NCBI GenBank assembly: GCA_963793265.1
Contig: CAWBZI010000001.1
Location: 480,001-544,000 of the forward strand
Direction of reading: 5' to 3'
Length of the DNA: 64,000 nucleotides
DNA from: an uncultured cyanobacterium
Lineage (GTDB): Bacteria > Cyanobacteriota > Cyanobacteriia > Phormidesmidales > Phormidesmidaceae
Shown here: positions 61,562 to 64,000 of the stretch, in pieces
Layout: each line of letters begins with the position of its first letter
How positions within the stretch are numbered: position 1 is the stretch's first letter
Made by a program: the position numbers and the translations under genes
The notes under the pieces: model-generated
The model's input: the letters and a program-made list of their open reading frames with translations, nothing else
Told to the model about the DNA's origin: nothing
Databases searched by the model: none

Positions 61562-63412
61562 GTGAAACGTCATCTTAATTTCAGCTATCTTAATTGGCTT
61601 ATGGTTGGAGGTGCGTTAGCGGTACTAGCGGGGCCTTTAGCCTCAGCCCAACCTGCTACTGCCAAAATCACACCTATCAATGTCAAGTCAATAGGTAGCT
61701 CGCCACCTTCTAAGCTACCTGACTCGATTGAAACTGTCCCTGGTGAACCTATTACCGCTAAGAAGCCCTCAGCGCTAGCGCAGGCTCAAAGTGAAGAAAC
61801 ACCAGAGATTCTGATTCCCAACCCAGGGGTAATCATTGATGGTACGCCAGTTACGGCACCTACTCTGAATGGTGCGCCTCCATTCCTCCCCAGGGCAGTC
61901 GCACCCCCAGTTGGTGACCTTTCGGTTTCAGATATCGACTCTACTTTGGACATAATTGATCTAGGTACTGCTGAGCGAGTCCCTCGTTTGGTCTTGCGGG
62001 ATGCCTCCGCTCGTGAAGTTCTTTCTTTGCTAGCTAGGGCTGCTGGCTTGAACCTAGCTTTCACCAGTGCTGATGAGGAAGGCGGATCACCAGACGTTAC
62101 TGTATCTCTCGATATTGAGAATGAACCGGTTCAAAACGTTTTCAACTATGTACTTCAGCTTTCTGGCTTAGAGGCTAATAAAGTGGGTCGAACCATTTTT
62201 GTAGGCCCTAGATTGCCAAATAGCGCTCGCAATATTTTAGTGCGCAGTGTTCGCCTCAATCAAATTGATGTAACCAGTGCTGTGAACTTTTTGGTTTCGA
62301 TGGGAGCCGAGACTTCGATTTCTTCAGAACGTGAGGTAACTAGCGTTAACGCTGTAGAAGTTGGTGGTGGCACGGACGTTAGTGAAGTAACAACCACTGA
62401 ATCTACCGTTGAGACTCAGCGTGCGGACTATGAAGACGCTGATCCTTTGCTACGTGGGCTTCAAGCGATTGGAGATGCTCGGACTAACTCCTTGACGCTG
62501 ATTGGAACGCCGCGTCAAATTGAAATTGCAACCGCTCAGATTGTTCAGCTCGATTTGCGCCGCCGCCAGGTAGCCGTTAATCTGCGAGTGATCGATGTTA
62601 ACCTCAATGCAATTGATGCTTTTGGTACTAGCTTCTCCTTTGGGGCAGGTAATACCGACGTTACTCAAACAAACGGCCTTGGCGTGATTAACTTTGGCGG
62701 ATCTAGTGGTAGAGCACCTAATGTTGGTGCCCTGACAAACAACTTCTTAGGTACTGTTTTGGGTGGCGGTGGTGCAGTAAACCTTGCTAGTGAGTTTTTA
62801 GCGAGGCTTCAAGCTACCATAACTAGCGGTAACGGAAAAATTGTGACAGATCCGACTCTAGTAGTTCAAGAAGGCCAAACGGCTGCTGTTCAGCTTACTC
62901 AGGAAGTCGTAACGAATATTACGAGGGTAGAGACAGTAGACGATGCTGGGCGAATTGAGATAGAAACCGAGATTGAAAAAGAAGATGCTGGATTAAATCT
63001 TCTTGTTCAGATTGATCAAATTGATGACAACGGTTTCGTGAACTTATCTGTTGCACCTTCTATATCAGCACCTACAGGCGAATTCGCGAGTAGCGCAGGT
63101 ATTATTACTCTTCTTTCTCGACGACAGCTTACTTCCGGTCAGGTTCGAGTAAGAGACAGTCAAACTCTAGTGCTTTCTGGCATTATTCAAGAATCAGACC
63201 GAACAACAGTATCGAAAGTACCTATATTAGGTGATATTCCTCTATTAGGTGCTTTGTTTAGAAACACTAGCCAAACTAATGACCGCCGTGAGCTGATCGT
63301 GCTGCTTACCCCAGAAATTATTGATGATTCTGATGGAAGTGTTTACGGCTATAGCTATCAGCCCGGTGAAGATGTGCAGCAGCTTTTGGAAGACAGACGA
63401 GGCGATCGCTAA
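61562..63412 (+). CDS. pilQ: Type IV pilus secretin PilQ
   Basis: PPFLPRAVAPPVGD, DARTNSLTLIG, DPTLVVQEGQ, KVPILGDIPLLGALFR, LLTPEI; AAGGAG RBS. Confidence 0.92.
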   Translation: MKRHLNFSYLNWLMVGGALAVLAGPLASAQPATAKITPINVKSIGSSPPSKLPDSIETVPGEPITAKKPSALAQAQSEETPEILIPNPGVIIDGTPVTAPTLNGAPPFLPRAVAPPVGDLSVSDIDSTLDIIDLGTAERVPRLVLRDASAREVLSLLARAAGLNLAFTSADEEGGSPDVTVSLDIENEPVQNVFNYVLQLSGLEANKVGRTIFVGPRLPNSARNILVRSVRLNQIDVTSAVNFLVSMGAETSISSEREVTSVNAVEVGGGTDVSEVTTTESTVETQRADYEDADPLLRGLQAIGDARTNSLTLIGTPRQIEIATAQIVQLDLRRRQVAVNLRVIDVNLNAIDAFGTSFSFGAGNTDVTQTNGLGVINFGGSSGRAPNVGALTNNFLGTVLGGGGAVNLASEFLARLQATITSGNGKIVTDPTLVVQEGQTAAVQLTQEVVTNITRVETVDDAGRIEIETEIEKEDAGLNLLVQIDQIDDNGFVNLSVAPSISAPTGEFASSAGIITLLSRRQLTSGQVRVRDSQTLVLSGIIQESDRTTVSKVPILGDIPLLGALFRNTSQTNDRRELIVLLTPEIIDDSDGSVYGYSYQPGEDVQQLLEDRRGDR

Positions 63413-63480
63413 CCCTCTGCTAATCCCTTCACAAAAATCAACGTCCGTCTTATAGAACACACGCCTAGAAAGCGCCACAG

Positions 63481-63519
63481 CCGATGCATTCCATTTTTAG
63501 GAGAATGCATCGGTTTTTT
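63481..63519 (+). terminator. Intrinsic terminator of pilMNOQ
   Basis: CCGATGCATTC...GAATGCATCGG followed by TTTTTT. Confidence 0.8.
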
Positions 63520-63817
63520 GTCAAGACAGAATTTTTAATTTTTCAGCCTAAAAGTATGAACTTTCTTAAAAAAGCCTCAGATCCATACAAATTCAAGGTT
63601 TCTTGTGTTCAGATTGCGCAAGTAACCCTTAGAATGGGGCAGTAAAATTATGAGGTTTCAAGGGTTTCAGCGATTGCCCCTGCAATCGTTTTCCTCGCCC
63701 TCATAAAAACTTTAAGTTCTGCCATCAGGCAATGTGTAGTCCCTCACTGAACTCTAACTAGAGATCATTTAACTAGAGATTCAAGTAGTCCAAATCATCA
63801 CTCTTAAGGAGATAAGC

Positions 63818-64000
63818 ATGAATAAAGGTGAACTCGTTGATACCGTTGCAGAAAAGTCATCTGTTACCAAAAAGCAAGCCGACGCTGTGATTTCGGCGGC
63901 TGTAGAGTCCATTATGGAAGCCGTGTCTAAAGGTGAAAAGGTGACGCTAGTAGGATTTGGCTCGTTTGAGCCTAGAGCCCGTAAGGAGCGCGAAGGACGC
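63818..64000 (+). CDS. hup: DNA-binding protein HU, 3'-partial; not in ORF track
   Basis: Manual translation MNKGELVDTVAEKSSVTKKQADAVISAAVESIMEAVSKGEKVTLVGFGSFEPRARKEREGR; AAGGAG RBS. Confidence 0.96.
   Translation, partial: MNKGELVDTVAEKSSVTKKQADAVISAAVESIMEAVSKGEKVTLVGFGSFEPRARKEREGR

Noticed and set aside
58800..63412. Missing pilP in pilMNOQ, and missing mlaE beside mlaFD, as novelties
   Set aside because: Both arrangements are normal in cyanobacteria

Overview
Chromosomal window from a cyanobacterium. Evidence: about 80 HIP1 octamers (GCGATCGC) by manual count, plus petL, psb34, psb32, glnB and cyanobacterial-type pilMNOQ. A Leptolyngbya/Phormidesmis-like lineage is my inference only. 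Most of the window is housekeeping: wbaP and an O-antigen ligase, aroB, hisB, msrB, leuC, folC, glnB, a thiO-thiG fusion, pgeF, iscA, yvcK, mlaFD, a GGDEF-EAL protein, ABC transporters, purT, pilMNOQ and HU. Two accessory zones stand out. (1) A decaying island at about 4.1-13.2 kb holds a complete IS630 and a complete ISAzo13. It also holds deletion-fused relics (M14-like peptidase, FAD monooxygenase, FrnE/DsbA, LysR, and a 41-codon katG 3' end absent from the ORF track) and a frameshifted LysR next to pirin. (2) A three-gene cluster at 15.4-22.2 kb encodes a MESH1-like HD hydrolase, a CHAT protease-AAA_35 ATPase, and an AAA_35-TM-coiled-coil protein with about 20 short-blade propeller repeats. 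This is my best candidate for an uncharacterised receptor-ATPase-protease (innate-immunity-like) system. Also notable: an orphan SigG-like sigma factor inside an ABC operon, with an ECF-type promoter pointing antisense into it, and a catalytically degenerate HoxW-like protein. I saw no tRNA, rRNA or CRISPR array. All family calls come from motif recognition, not database searches.
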